DNA of 64,000 bases from Heptranchias perlo (Eukaryota): assembly GCF_035084215.1 (NCBI RefSeq), contig NC_090348.1:23932001-23996000 (forward strand), written 5' to 3'. The position numbers and the translations under genes are program-made. Below are positions 25,985-38,620 of the stretch, one piece after another. The notes beneath the pieces are model-generated. The model had not been told where the DNA came from, did no database searches, and saw only the letters and a program-made list of their open reading frames with translations. Numbering within the stretch: position 1 is the stretch's first letter; each line of letters starts with the position of its first letter.

Positions 25985-27735
25985 GTAAATGATTCCTTCT
26001 CCTCAGGTACTGTCCACTCTCCCATTCAAAACTGCCATCATTAATCCCTCCTCAAACCCAGCCTAGACTCCTCTGTCCTTGCAAACCATCTCCAATCTTC
26101 CTTTCTGCTTCAAAGTCCTTTGAATTTGTTATTGCCTCCCAATACCATGTTCATCTCTCTTGCAACTCTTGAATCTCTCCAATCAGGTTTCTGCCCTTGC
26201 CACAGCACTGACAGGAGTTTAACCAAAGTTACAAACTACATTTTATGTGACTGTACCTGTGATGCATTATCCCTCTTAATCATCCTCTATCTCTGTGCAG
26301 ACTTTGACACAGTGACCATGTCTCTCCTGTTTTCCACCTTGTTGGGCTTGCCTAGTTTGGTTCCATTCTTACCTTTCCAATTGTAGCGAGAGCACCTCCA
26401 GCAATGGCTTCTCATCCTGTCTTTGTGCAGTTACCTTTGGAGTTCCCCAAGGATCTATCCTTGGCACGTCCTGTTCCTCATCTATACACTTCCGCATGGT
26501 GATGCCATCTGCAGAAATGGTGTCAGCTACCATACACAAGCTGTGCCCCTCCACTGTCTGTGTTATCAGATTGTTTGACATCAAGTCTTGAGCTCCAGTT
26601 TTCTACAGCTAAACATTGGGAAAAGCAAAGTCATTTGTCTTTGATCCCTGTCATAAATTCAATTCCCTTGCCACCAATTCCATCCCAGCCACTGTCCCAG
26701 CTGAGACAGACTATTTGCAACTTCAACGTCCTATTTGACTCAGCTGAGCTTCTGACCCCAGGGGTTGTATTCTCTAGAGTTTCGAAGGTTAAGGGGTGAT
26801 CTGATCGAAGTTTATAAGATATTAAGGGGAACAGATAGGGTGGATACAGAGAAACTATTTCCGCTGGTTGGGGATTCTAGGAGTAGGGGGCACAGTCTAA
26901 AAATTAGAGCCAGACCTTTCAGGAGTGAGATTAGAAAACATTTCTACACGCAAAGGGTGGTAGAAGTTTGGAACTCTCTCTCGCAAACGGCAATTGATAC
27001 TAGCTCAATTGCTAAATTTAAATCGGAGATAGATAGCTTTTTGGCAACCAAGGGTATTAAGGGATATGGGCCAAAGGCAGGTATATGGAGTTAGATCACA
27101 GATCAGCCATGATCTTATCAAATGGCGGAGCAGGCACGAGGGGCTGAATGGCCTATTCCTGTTCCTGTGTTCCTATATCCTTTACATCACAAACACCGCC
27201 TAATTTTACACCCATATTGCCCACCTCTACCCCTAACTCAGCTTGTCTGCTGATGAAACCCTCATCCATGCCACTGTTGCTTCCAGCATCAATTATTCCA
27301 ATTCTCGTTTGGCTGGCCTCCTATCCTCCACCCTTCAACTTCAGCTCATCCAAACCTTGCTGCCTGTATCCTGTCCTCGTTGACCTACATTGGCTTCCAG
27401 CACCCCAACTCCTTGCATTTAAATCCCTTCATGGCATTGCCCCTCCTATTTCTGTAAGTTCCTCCAGCTCTACGACCACGCCCTGAACTCTCTGTTCCTC
27501 GACTCTGGCCTCTTGTGTACTCGCCCCACTATTAGCGGCCATACCTTCAGCTGCCTAGACCTCAAGCTCTGGCATTCCCTCCCTGAACCGTGTTCCTCCT
27601 CCCAAAAACCTACTTTTTTGACCAAGCTTTTGGTCACCTATCCTAATATCTTCTTTGGATCGCATTTTTTGATCAGGACTCTGAAGTGCTTTGAGATATT
27701 TTCTTACATTAAGAGCACTATATAAATGCAAGTTA
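25985..27735 (+). mobile_element. Decayed L2 LINE (RT region to 3' tail), split by a CR1 insertion
   Basis: LQSGFCPCHSTD, LCADFDTV, GVPQGSILG and DLHWLP remnants; L2 tail near 27720. Confidence 0.8.
26763..27172 (+). mobile_element. CR1 LINE 3' fragment nested in L2
   Basis: ORF 26765-27094 (SLEFRRLRGDLIEVYKIL...VWNSL) and CR1 3' UTR. Confidence 0.9.
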
Positions 27736-28674
27736 TTCTTATATGTAATTTAAAAGCAATGATAAATTTAAGTCCAAAGAAATTACTGTCTGAAACAACT
27801 GCACTTTCAGTTGCGTATTTTGAATTTTGTTATAGGATGATCATAATTGGAGTTGGTAAAAGGTTTTCTTTCTTTCTCTTTTAGGTTAGAAAGGAAGATT
27901 ATCCAAATATTTCACCATAATGACCTAATTAACTCTCTTCTGTTCTGAAGATCTCCATATATTTTTGAACATAACTCTAGACGTTTGGCAACTGAAGGAT
28001 GTGGCTGGCCATGCAGCATTGTACTGTTTTACTACTTGAAACTGAAAACTGCTTGCTCTACAGTTGAAAAGTTGCAAATCCTGCATCGAGTTTACAATCC
28101 AGCCTGCAGTATATGCTTGTTTCCACATACCCAGTGATGGATCATAAATATGTTTAGTCAAATGTCCTGCTTTTCACCTTACACTAGGGAAACTCATAAA
28201 TTACATACTGCTTACATTTTACATCATGATACAGAACAGTGGTGGAATCACTATAACTATTAAGATAAACATCTGTTAAAGGAATGGGAAGGTTGTATTA
28301 CTTTATTTACATTAAATTTCAGGAAGTTGCTTAATCTAGATTTTAACGTAAATAACCTGGAATTTGTGAAGGCCTTGAGATTTATTTCTGTTTGAATAAT
28401 GTTATAAAACAAAGAATCTGATAGTGATAGAATTTACATTACAGTGCATAACCATAATTATTGTGGAAATGTGATTTTAAGTTGCAGTTATTTTGACAAT
28501 GGGGGCGTGGATAGTGGAATCTTAATATATGGTTGAAGTACTGAGGATTGTGCTTTACTTCTGTTTCAAGAAACTTAAAATAGTATTGTCTTAATGCTTT
28601 TAAAAGTAGACAAGTGAAATTACTTTATCTTTGATACAGTATTAAACTATTTCTATTGTAATAGTGCAAAAGTC

Positions 28675-31324
28675 ATGACTAGCCAAAGCGATTGGGAAAA
28701 TTTCACTAACAGTAAAAGCAGCGATGAGAGACATCAGAAGGAAGAAAGTTATAGAACTATTGGTGACAAACAAAGTGATTCTTCATTTACAATGTTCACA
28801 AGCCCTCTTCATGCCGATACTGATATTGATACAGTTGTTATTTCTCTTCCATCTATTAGTGGTGGAGGTTCCAGAAGAAAATCAGCTGTTTGGAATCATT
28901 TTATTATGTCCACTACAGATATTGCCAAGACGATTTGCGTGCATTGCAATCAAGGATTTAGCAGAGGTAAGAAATGGTACAAGTTGTCTAATGAGGCATT
29001 TGCGCGGTCTCATCCATCTGTACTTGTACATGATTGTGGCCATGCTGCAAGTTCATGGTCTCAGCTTTACCAACATTTTTGTCTTCCCTGCGATCTCTAG
29101 CATTTCAGCGGACAATTGAAACTACTACTCAAAAAAAAATATCAAGACGACAAACCTCAGAAGCATTGAATCATTTTACTGTGTGTCCATTAGACTGCAC
29201 AAAGGTGCATTGTCACCGTGTGATAAGCAGAGGAAAGAAAAGGGATAATCTTGGTACCAGTTGTTTGATGAAACACCTATATCGGTATCATGCTTCTGTA
29301 CTTTAGCATAGGAAGGTTCTTGCATTGAGAACATCTCTCGCATATACCCACTCTATGTCCTCCTTACCATCCTGTTCACAAAATTTGGCTACAAATAAAC
29401 CCAGTCTTAGGTTGCCATCTATGGATAATACAGCTGAATACCTTTCATCTGCTGCAACAATTAAACAAGTTGTCACACCTATTAAAAAAAGTCAGAATTA
29501 TGGAAGCATTTTTCTGTATGTTCTTCAGATCTAACCAAAATAGTGTGCATCCACTGTAACTATAAAATAAGTTCAGGAAAGCAAACATCTCACTTGACTA
29601 CGTTGTTTGCTTCGACATCTTCAACAGTCTCATTGTTTTCTTGTGCAAATGTTTCATTTTCACCACTTACATTTCTATCTCATCCCTCTGTTTCAGAGCT
29701 GCCATTTAGAACACAACTTAGAGCAGCAGCCTCTGAGAGCAATAATGAATGGACTTCTCTACTAAGTGCCAAAAAAAATTACAAGCCTAGTTGCTGAAAT
29801 GATAGCACTAGGCCTCCAGCCATTTTCTGTTGTGGAGAATGTTGGATTCAATAGGTTGCTATCATATTTACAGCCACAATATTCCTTACCATCTCCATCT
29901 TCTCCAGGATTGCTGTGCCAAGAATGTATGAGTGTGTGAAGGAAACTATAGCTTTACATCTGAAAGAAGCAGAGGGTAGAGTAGTGCATTTTACAATTGA
30001 CGTATGGATAAGCAACCAAACTAGGGCATACATGACACTAACTGCTCAATGGGTAACGTTTGATTCTTCTATATGTCCACCAAATCAGAAAGATTATCAC
30101 TTCTGCTTTACTAAATGTATTACAGATTGACTGTGACTACAATGGTATAAGCATCCAGAAGCGTCTGGAATCTTTGTGGGCAGCTTGGATTGCCTCACCT
30201 GGCCTTGAGATTGGTTTCACTGTTGCTCATAATGAGCAATAGGTACTGAAAACACTGAGGAAAGTGGGCGTGCAGTTATTCACTGTTTTGCTCATAGTAT
30301 TAATATAATTGTCAGTGAAGCCATCAAGACTCAGTGAATCATTCAAAATCTTCTCAGTGTTGCATGGTAAGTGTGTGAACAAATTTGTCACTCACCAGAA
30401 GCAAAAGAAAGGCTAGATGAACTACAAAAAAATATAATTTGCCTCGTTGCCGACTGATTCAAGACATTCCAGTTAAGTGGGCCACCTCATTTTACATGCT
30501 CGAACGTCTTATTGAGCAAAAGGCTGTTGAAGAGTTATCCCTGGAGTACAGTTTTGGAGAACTTATCCACCATGATCATTAGCAATTAATGGAATCTATT
30601 TGCCACATGCTGAAACCTTTTTGAAGTTGCAAGTAAAGAAATGAGCATCCTGATTGCAGCACTTAGTCAAGTAATCCCACTAGTTCAAATTCTGATGCAC
30701 AAGATAGGTAATTTATTTGAGGAGACCGTAGGCATTGACTATGTTAAAGTCTCTGAGGGAAGCAATGGTCTGCTGCTTTTCACCTGCACTTCACGGCCCA
30801 AAGCGTATCTTCATTATAAGACATCCATCTTTGTAGGGAAGAAAGCTGAGCAGTATAGGCAGGAACTGATTAATGAGGTTGAAACTTTTTATTATACCTT
30901 GAAATGGGATGATAACTTAGATGCTACTAGCGGTATCTCTGAATCCTCTTCAAATAAGACATTTGATGATTGTGAGGATGATTTGTGGTCACTCGTGTCT
31001 AATATAAAAATGGCAGCAGTGGAACAGGTTACCATACAAAAGTCGCCAGAGAGAATGGTATTAGAGTATTTTGAGGAACAGATATTTGATCAAAGCGGTG
31101 ACCCTCTACTTTATTGGAAGCTGAAAAAGACTGTCTGGCCAGCGCTTGCAATGGTTGCGGATATTTTCCTTGGGTGTCCTCCTTGTGCTCTTGCTCCTGA
31201 AAGAATATTTAATACTACTACTGACAATTCCAGTCTAAATTATTCAAGGCCACTGCCAGAAAATGTGGAAAGACTCCTTTTTTTGAAAATGAACCTGCTA
31301 TTTATATTTCAATATCAACACTGA
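28675..31324 (+). pseudogene. ZBED4: ZBED4 unitary pseudogene (three recognisable BED fingers plus hAT transposase-derived body and C-terminal dimerisation domain)
   Basis: [78 protein letters not shown] and FLKMNL spread across shifting frames; nonsense codons at 30335, 30368 and 30580; syntenic position. Confidence 0.92.
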
Positions 31325-32162
31325 TACATCAAGTTGGCAAAATTGCAAATATATTCTGGAAACTGAGAAGCAATGTAAGATGATGCTAAAATTGTGCGTA
31401 GTTACTGAGCCGTGCAGTCTTCATTTGTGGATACTGTGCTAATCCAAGACTGAAATTAGTGCTGTAACATGTTTGTTCAGTGGGTGTTTTAAGCCATCGA
31501 GGATAGCTTCAGTGGTTATACTTCAATTCATTGTGCCTTATTTAGCGTTAATTAGGTATGTTTGTTTAAAGTTAACATTCGCAAAGTACAGCAAAGGGTA
31601 AGCAAGATTTGTTTATGCAGCTCCACAAAATAGCACTTTTCTACATCAATTTAAAATTGTGTGAAAATAAATACTATAGTGGTAAAAGTTTGAACACTAA
31701 ACAGTAAATAGTTATGTTAAAGAATAAATAAAAAGAGATGTTTGCAAACCATTAGTTGTGTTCCAATGAAGGAAAATACATTGTAAACATAATAAAAGGC
31801 TTTCACCTACAATATTTATCTGTACCAATGGTGAAGCTTTTCTTGTTTGTATGGTAATAAAAAATTAAAGTTAGTGTACAAATCTCAATCAATTTAAAAA
31901 TCAAGCTGTGTACTTACTTTAAATATAGTAAATATACAGTGTTCAGAATGATTTAGTGAAATTGTCTTTAGTATAAGTTCAACCTTATGAGCTTCAAAAC
32001 ATATATCAGTAGATAAATTAATTGTAATTAGTTTCAACATTGGAAGCGTTCAATTAAAATTGCATCAGAATGATGTCTCCTATATTGTTCCATCAGAATA
32101 TAGCACCTGCTGTTATGGATTTGCCACTTACTGGGGAAAAAATAACTGACTTGAATAAAGTC

Positions 32163-32900
32163 AATGAATGGGAGGACCCTAGGCAAGACAGAGGGTCAGA
32201 GGGATCTTGGTGTGCAAGTTCACAGATCCCTGAAGGCGGCGGAACAGGTAGATAAGGTGGTAAAGAAGGCAAATGGGATACTTGCCTTTATTAGCCGAGG
32301 CATAGAATATAAGAGCAAGGAGGTTATGATGGAGCTGTATAAAACACTGGTTAGGCCACAGCTGGAGTACTGTGTGCAGTTCTGGTCGCCGCACTACAGG
32401 AAGGATGTGATCGCTTTGGAGAGGGTGCAGAGGAGATTCACCAGGATGTTACCAGGGCTGGAGCGCTTCAGCTATGAAGAGAGACTGGGAAGATTGGGTT
32501 TGTTTTCCTTGGAGCAGTGGAGGCTGAGGGGGGACATGATTGAGGTGTACAAAATTATGAGGGGCACAGATAGGATGGATACTAAGGAGCTTTTTCCCTT
32601 CGTTGAGGGTTCCATAACAAGGGGACATAGATTCAAGGTAAAAGGCGGGAGGTTTAGAGGGGATTTGAGAAAGAACTTTTTCACCCAGAGGGTGGTTGGA
32701 GTCTGGAACTCACTGCCTGAAAGGGTTGTGGAGGCAGGAACCCTCACAACATTCAAGAAGCATTTGGATGAGCACTTGAAATGCCATAGCGTACAAGGCT
32801 ACGGACCAAATGCTGGAATATGGGATTAGAGTATACAGGGCTTGATGGCCGGCGCGGACACGATGGGCCGAAGGGCCTCTATCCGTGCCGTATGACTCTA
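32163..32900 (+). mobile_element. Young CR1 LINE 3' fragment with uninterrupted ORF2 C-terminus
   Basis: ORF 32164-32829 (RDLGV, LVRPQLEYCVQFWSP, RLRGDMIEVYK) plus 3' UTR. Confidence 0.95.
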
Positions 32901-33708
32901 TAGTCTTGTCAATCCAATGTGCTAATCTAATTTACGGGCTGAAAATTAGATGGCGATAGGGGATTGTTGGATACACTGACCACCAATAAAACCTGATTTG
33001 TAAGAATACACACACCAACCAACAGCCATTGGTAGAGATGCTCTTGCTATAATTGGGTAGGTAAGAGTGGACCCTAGTAAGGACATTCCCATCGAGGTAG
33101 ACAACAGATGCAAGGGGTTGGAGTAGGATGATGTGGTTGTCAGTGTCAAAGGCTGCAGAGAGGTCATAATCACAGAATACTGTTTGTGACTATGGTTGGG
33201 GCCATTTCTGTGCTGTGGGAGTGATGGAAACCTGACTAAAGGGATTTAATCAGGGAGTTGCTGGAGATACAAGCATGGATCTGGGAAGGGAAATTGGAGA
33301 TTGGGTTTGTAGGACCTTTTATGGTGCATAAATTGCTATGTTTACCCACATTACAACAATGACTACAGTTCAAAAGTACTTCAATGGCTGTGAAATGCTT
33401 TGGGATGTCAGATCATGAAAGGTGCTAAGTTTTTCCTTCTTTCCTCAGAGGACAATTAAACTGCCCTTCAAGTAAACACATTTGTGTGAAACTACATTGA
33501 GTCGTAAAGTAGTTCCAGTTGCCTTAAGGGTAATTTGATGGGCAAGTAAATTGACCGTAAACGAGGAAGTTATAACACTTTTAATATTCAAAAGAGGAAG
33601 TGTAAAAATGCACATCATGTTCTGTAGATCATTATCATAGCTGTTATGCAAACTGGATCGAGTCTAATACTAAACTGCTAGTTCTTGTTTCTGTTTTATA
33701 AGCTACAA

Positions 33709-34310
33709 TGGCCCAGAATTTGCAGGGAAAATAATGGCGATTTCAAGGCGTTCACTGTTATTAGTGCATAAAAAATGCAGCAATTAATGGTGAGGAAGAT
33801 AGGAAGATATACACAGTGAGTTGTGAATCGTCACAAATTGCTGGACGATTTGGGCCGCTCTGCCGTTAGCCTCGCAAAAATGGGATCTCCTCATGACTTT
33901 CAAGAAATTGCTAGATTTGCGCTGTAAATATGAATTAAACTCACTGCAGAAAGTTAGGGCTGGTATTTAACAATGTAAGGACCCTTTTAATAACTAGATT
34001 TATGTTCCTGCAATGCCACTCAACCGCGGAGGCCCAGAAAGGGAACAATTGAAACCGTGGAGTCGCCTGCAGGTAGTAAATTGTTCCTAGAGGTTTTAAT
34101 CTTTCTTTTCCTTTGTCTCTTTTTCTCCCTCAATCGAATCTTTCTTTCGCCCTCTTTGTTTCTCTTTCTGTATCTAATTTGACTGTTCTTCTGTATCCTT
34201 AAATTTAATTGGCTAAGGAGATAGACTGTTGGTCTGGTCGTTCACCAAGGTTAACTTCGTCGCACTGTTATCAACTCGTACTTCCAGCAAAAAGGACCAA
34301 TTTCAGGGCA
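33709..34310. mobile_element. Degenerate Harbinger-like non-autonomous element
   Basis: Imperfect termini GGCCCAGAATTT and AATTTCAGGGC; interior resembles the other MITE-like elements in the window. Confidence 0.45.
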
Positions 34311-34629
34311 CAATGTCCCATGCCGTATTCATTAAGGCAAGTTTGCAGACGTCTCGGATGGCCGCCTAAAACGGCTGCATCTAGGGCTACTGGTGTTGGC
34401 CGCAGTGGCTCCACGTAATGGCAGTAGGACATTCTTGTAATGCCACTGACAGGATGTGGGAGGAGACTACTCACCCAAGTTTTGGAATGTGTAATTTGAT
34501 CCAGTCATTGGCAGGCAGGCTACAGAGTTTAGACAAGGCACAGTGCCAACAGTACAGATTTCAGAAAATGCATGGCGCTGACACTGCCGAGTTCAGAGAA
34601 CGCACGGTGCTGACACTGCCGAGTTTAGA

Positions 34630-35002
34630 TAGGAAGGGGTGAGGCCATGGAGGAATTTCAACATGAGGATGAGAATTTTAAAATTAAGGTGTTGGTGGAC
34701 TGGGAGCCAATGTAGGTCAGCGAGCACAGGGGCGATGGGTGAACAAGACTTGCTCCAAGTTAGGATACATGCAGCAGAGTTTTGGATGAGCTCAAGTATA
34801 TTGAGGGTGGAAGATGGGAGGCCAGGAGAGCATTAGAACAGTCAAGTCTAGAGATCACAAAGGCTTGGATGAGGGTTTGAGCAGCAGATGAGCTGAGGCA
34901 GGGGCGGAGAAAGGCAATATTACAGAGGTGGAAGTAGATGGAATGGATATGTGGTCGGAAGCTCATTTCAGAGTCAAATAGGACACCAAGGTTGCGAACA
35001 GT
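34630..35002 (-). mobile_element. L2 LINE ORF2 fragment
   Basis: ORF 34760-35014: TVRNLGVLFDSEMSF...LIQAFVISRLDCSNALLA. Confidence 0.85.
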
Positions 35003-36892
35003 CATGCGCGACACAACTGCACATGCGCGAACCGGAGAGTCCGGTCACGAGCGTTGCAGCGTCTGCACATGCGCAACCAAATATCGATTGCACACATGCG
35101 ACGCAGAGGCACATAGGCAGTTTGTGGTTATCGCGGGTGGCACTATTCACAGCGATGATATTGAGCTGCTTCCTAAAATTGGAGAGGATAGCCTTGCAGG
35201 AAGTTCTAGAAGTAATGAGTTGTGGATTCGTTGGTTAGGATTGAAGAGACGATGCTACAACTGTACAAATATGTCCACTTTTAATAGCCTGGTTGTATAT
35301 GTGGATCTGCGGAAAAGATCCATATTATAAATACTGGTATTATAGTCTGGTATGGAGAACGTTCTTTTGAAAGTTTCAATTTAAAATAAATACAAGCACT
35401 GCAATCAATGTGCACATAAATACAATGAATTTATCATTGTGAGAATATTCATTTATGTTGATCCCATATTAGATGAACAATAGATAACTTAAGCAACTCT
35501 CACCAGGAGATTTAGTTTTCTTGGAAATGGACCAAGGCTGCTTCACAACTGTAAAAATGGTAATGAAATAGAAATGCCATTCTTTTAAAAACTAACCTGG
35601 ATGCTCATAATCTTTTCTCCCCCATTTGAAGGTAACAAAACTTTTGCAAACGCCAGTGATTTTCTGAGAGATTATGGCGCCTTTGGAAGTGATTGATTTC
35701 TATTCAAGTGGCTCTTTTTAAGATAAAACTTATTACAGATCCAGATTGTCAAAATGATTTGCTGTGTGTACCTGCAACAAGGCTACTGTCTCAGATTTAA
35801 ACAAATGTATAGTATTGAATTCCCCTAGTAGTATCGAATACAGCCATAAATGATCAACCATAGAGTTCAGAGGTATGAATTGGACATTCCAATATGCCAA
35901 GTTGTCTTTTTATACCACGTGGAATAATTTTATATTTACTGATGCATGTCAGAGGTGCATACGATGGCATCTCAAGGGCTATGTATGAAGTTTAAATCTA
36001 TGTTCCCATTAACTTTGCAAAAATCTCAAGTTACTAATGCTAACAGTATTTTGATTTAGAATTTATCCGCCAAGATAACAAGCCCTTTCCAAACCTCTAG
36101 ACTCTCAAAATGCAAACAGGACAAAGCAACAAATAAGAAATATATAAGCTCAAATAGAAATGAGTTGACAGAGGTTGAGGCTTGCTTTTGCAACCCAGGT
36201 CTATGCTGCATTTATCAAAAATTTCAGTTCAAAATATGAATAACTTTACCAGTAAATCAGAGGACCAGTATAATATTTAGTCCTATGACTCAAAAACAAC
36301 TTTAAAATGTTCCAGTTACTATAGACTACACTGAAATAGTTGTTTTTATTGTTTCAATTCCATCCAATAGGCCATGAGTGTGATTTACTGCTGCTTTTTG
36401 GCAGACGAATGTGGAAAAGAGATTGGACAGCTATACAAATCAACCTGTCTTATGTGCAATACAATTTGTATTACAGCAATGCATAATTATCATGAAATCA
36501 TGTTGTGCAATAAATGCTGCACTTCTGAAAGACATACAGGGAATAAAATTCCACTTCTGCACTCGTCAATATGTGATTTTCTGCCCATTCACTTCAATAG
36601 ATGGAAAATTATAGGCTGGCAAACGCAGAAGCGGAAATTTTATCCCATGCAGTTTATTGTAAAACTGAGGAAGACACGATGCAGGTTTTAAAATCAGGAA
36701 GGAAACTGGATAGGTGTGGAAACGCTAAGTAGAACTAGAAGTAATTGTGCAATTAGACTATGTCTCATGTTTTTTAGCTTGACAAGTTAAGGAGCAACAT
36801 CCTCACACATGTAGTTACCTTATTTCATAGGCGCCCACTTAGCACGGTGAATTAAGATTTTGTGCAAGCACTGAAAAAGCAAATAGTCCCTG

Positions 36893-36898
36893 TTTATT
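36893..36898 (-). terminator. Candidate ALG12 polyadenylation signal AATAAA
   Basis: AATAAA on the minus strand about 70 nt after the ALG12 stop codon; other candidates lie further downstream. Confidence 0.4.
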
Positions 36899-36968
36899 CA
36901 AGAATCTATCAGGATTTTGTCTGCGAGTCTTAAATATTGAACAGAATGACAAAATGGGCTGGATATTT

Positions 36969-37218
36969 TTATCCTTTTCTCATATTCTCATGATGTGTGT
37001 ATATTTTTTCTAATGCCACTAATTTTATTTCAATTTTAATGTAAAATGGAGGTAGTTGAGATATGTTAAATCCAATTCCACTAAAGCCAGAAATATTAAA
37101 CATTATTCTATGGGTGTTTCTGTACCGCGATACATAGGTTGGGTTCATTTCCATTAGGTAGTGTGTATGTGCATTACTTTCAACATCTCCCGGCTTAAGA
37201 TCTTCCCTCTTATCATAC
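36969..37218 (-). CDS. ALG12: ALG12 last coding exon (YDKREDL...HTHYLME...stop)
   Basis: ORF 36969-37229; TAG acceptor; YDKRED motif of ALG12. Confidence 0.92.
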
Positions 37219-37432
37219 CTATATACCAAAAGGAAAAAAAAAAATCAAAATTACAGAATCTTTTCATAGTAAAACACTAAAACAAATTTAAGCCAGATTT
37301 TTTGAATTTCTTTATAACGCAATATCAAATTTAGAGATTTTAAAACTACTAGTCCTGAACCATTTTTTTCTTCCCAGTAAAGACAGTTATGTCCTATTTA
37401 TGGGTGGAATTCTTGAATACTCATGGACGTCA

Positions 37433-38125
37433 TGGGGGAAAAGTTCGATAGGCCTATTATTAGGCACAGGTAGCGTGATCCGCTATTAACCCGCGCCCAA
37501 TGGCCCCTGCGCAGGCAGGACAAGAACTTTGTCCTGCCTCAGTACTCACAGTCAATCTGCATTGAAACCTAGGCCTTGCATGTCGATTCAATGCAATTTG
37601 CACTTTCCACTAGCAGGGGGAGCCCCAATCACTTAAAAGGGAGGATGTCTCTTCAAATCTCAAAGATAGCCGGTACATGTTATTTGCTAAAATAAAAATG
37701 GTCTGCTGTCTGCACAGAGTTTGAACGGAGATCAGACATCGCACACGTAAAACACAGATGCAGGTCCCGTCCTTGTATTTACACAATGATGAGTTATGTT
37801 AAGACATTGAATAAAGGTTGCGCATTACTAAATCCCAATCCTCCAATCTGCATGCCAGACCTTGCCAATCTGAGTTGGTATCAGGCCTGCAAGAGTGCGT
37901 GCACCAAGGTTCTCTGCTGATGCACTACAGGCCTTGGTGCAAGAGGTGGACAGAAGGAGGGACATCCTATATCTGCGGGTTGGGGGGGCAAATGGCCCTC
38001 CAGACATATGCCCAAAAGGCAGTGGAAGGCAGCAGGGGACGAAGTCAATGTCAGGCGCACAGCACCACAAAAATGGATACAGTGCAGGAAGAAGTTCAAT
38101 GCTTTGACACGAGTGGTCAATGAGT
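37433..38125 (+). mobile_element. Harbinger transposon 5' portion with Myb/SANT-like DNA-binding ORF remnant
   Basis: RAPRFSADALQALVQEVDRRRDILY, then after a frameshift QWKAAGDEVN...WIQCRKKFNAL; G-rich left terminus. Confidence 0.75.
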
Positions 38126-38544
38126 GGGAACCCATGCTGATTCTCCTTTCCCCCCACCCCAAAATTAGGGACGTTGATGCTAATTGCATCTTCACTGCCA
38201 CCCAGGATTTGAACCTTTAATTTTCTACTGAAAACATTGGTATAAAATTTTCATTTGCAACATCATACAAAACAAATGTTTACTGATTCTGATATGGACA
38301 GTAACATTATACATTTGTTCGATGGTTGGTCTGAGCTGTATCATTAAAAGATAAAGAAAAATGGACAAAATAGAATACAAATGAAATGAATGGAGGGGAA
38401 CTGGAGAACAAAAGGATGGGAGGGTGTGGGGGTATTAAGCAACAAACATGGCAGATTATTCCAAGCAAGAGAAGGCATTTGCTTCATTGGAAAATTCTGG
38501 TTACTATTAAAAAAGTGTTGAATATCCATTAGGAAATAACTCAC

Positions 38545-38620
38545 CTCCAACTTCGATTGAGTTCAAGAAATCGGGAAACACCGGTCTGTGCAGAAGCCAC
38601 ATCAATATGCACTGAAACAG
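38545..38620 (-). CDS. ALG12: ALG12 coding exon 8 ([24 protein letters not shown])
   Basis: 76 nt, CAG acceptor, GTGAGT donor; [14 protein letters not shown] motif. Confidence 0.95.

Noticed and set aside
30641-31324. 227-aa ORF as an independent functional gene
   Set aside because: It is the ZBED4 C-terminal remnant, with an internally frame-shifted segment (DYVKVSEG...KAYL) and a disrupted LDPRY motif.
34474-34518. Possible 45-nt minus-strand exon (ctctgtAG ... GTGAGT)
   Set aside because: No recognisable peptide, it lies beyond the ALG12 stop among repeats, and such signal pairs arise by chance.
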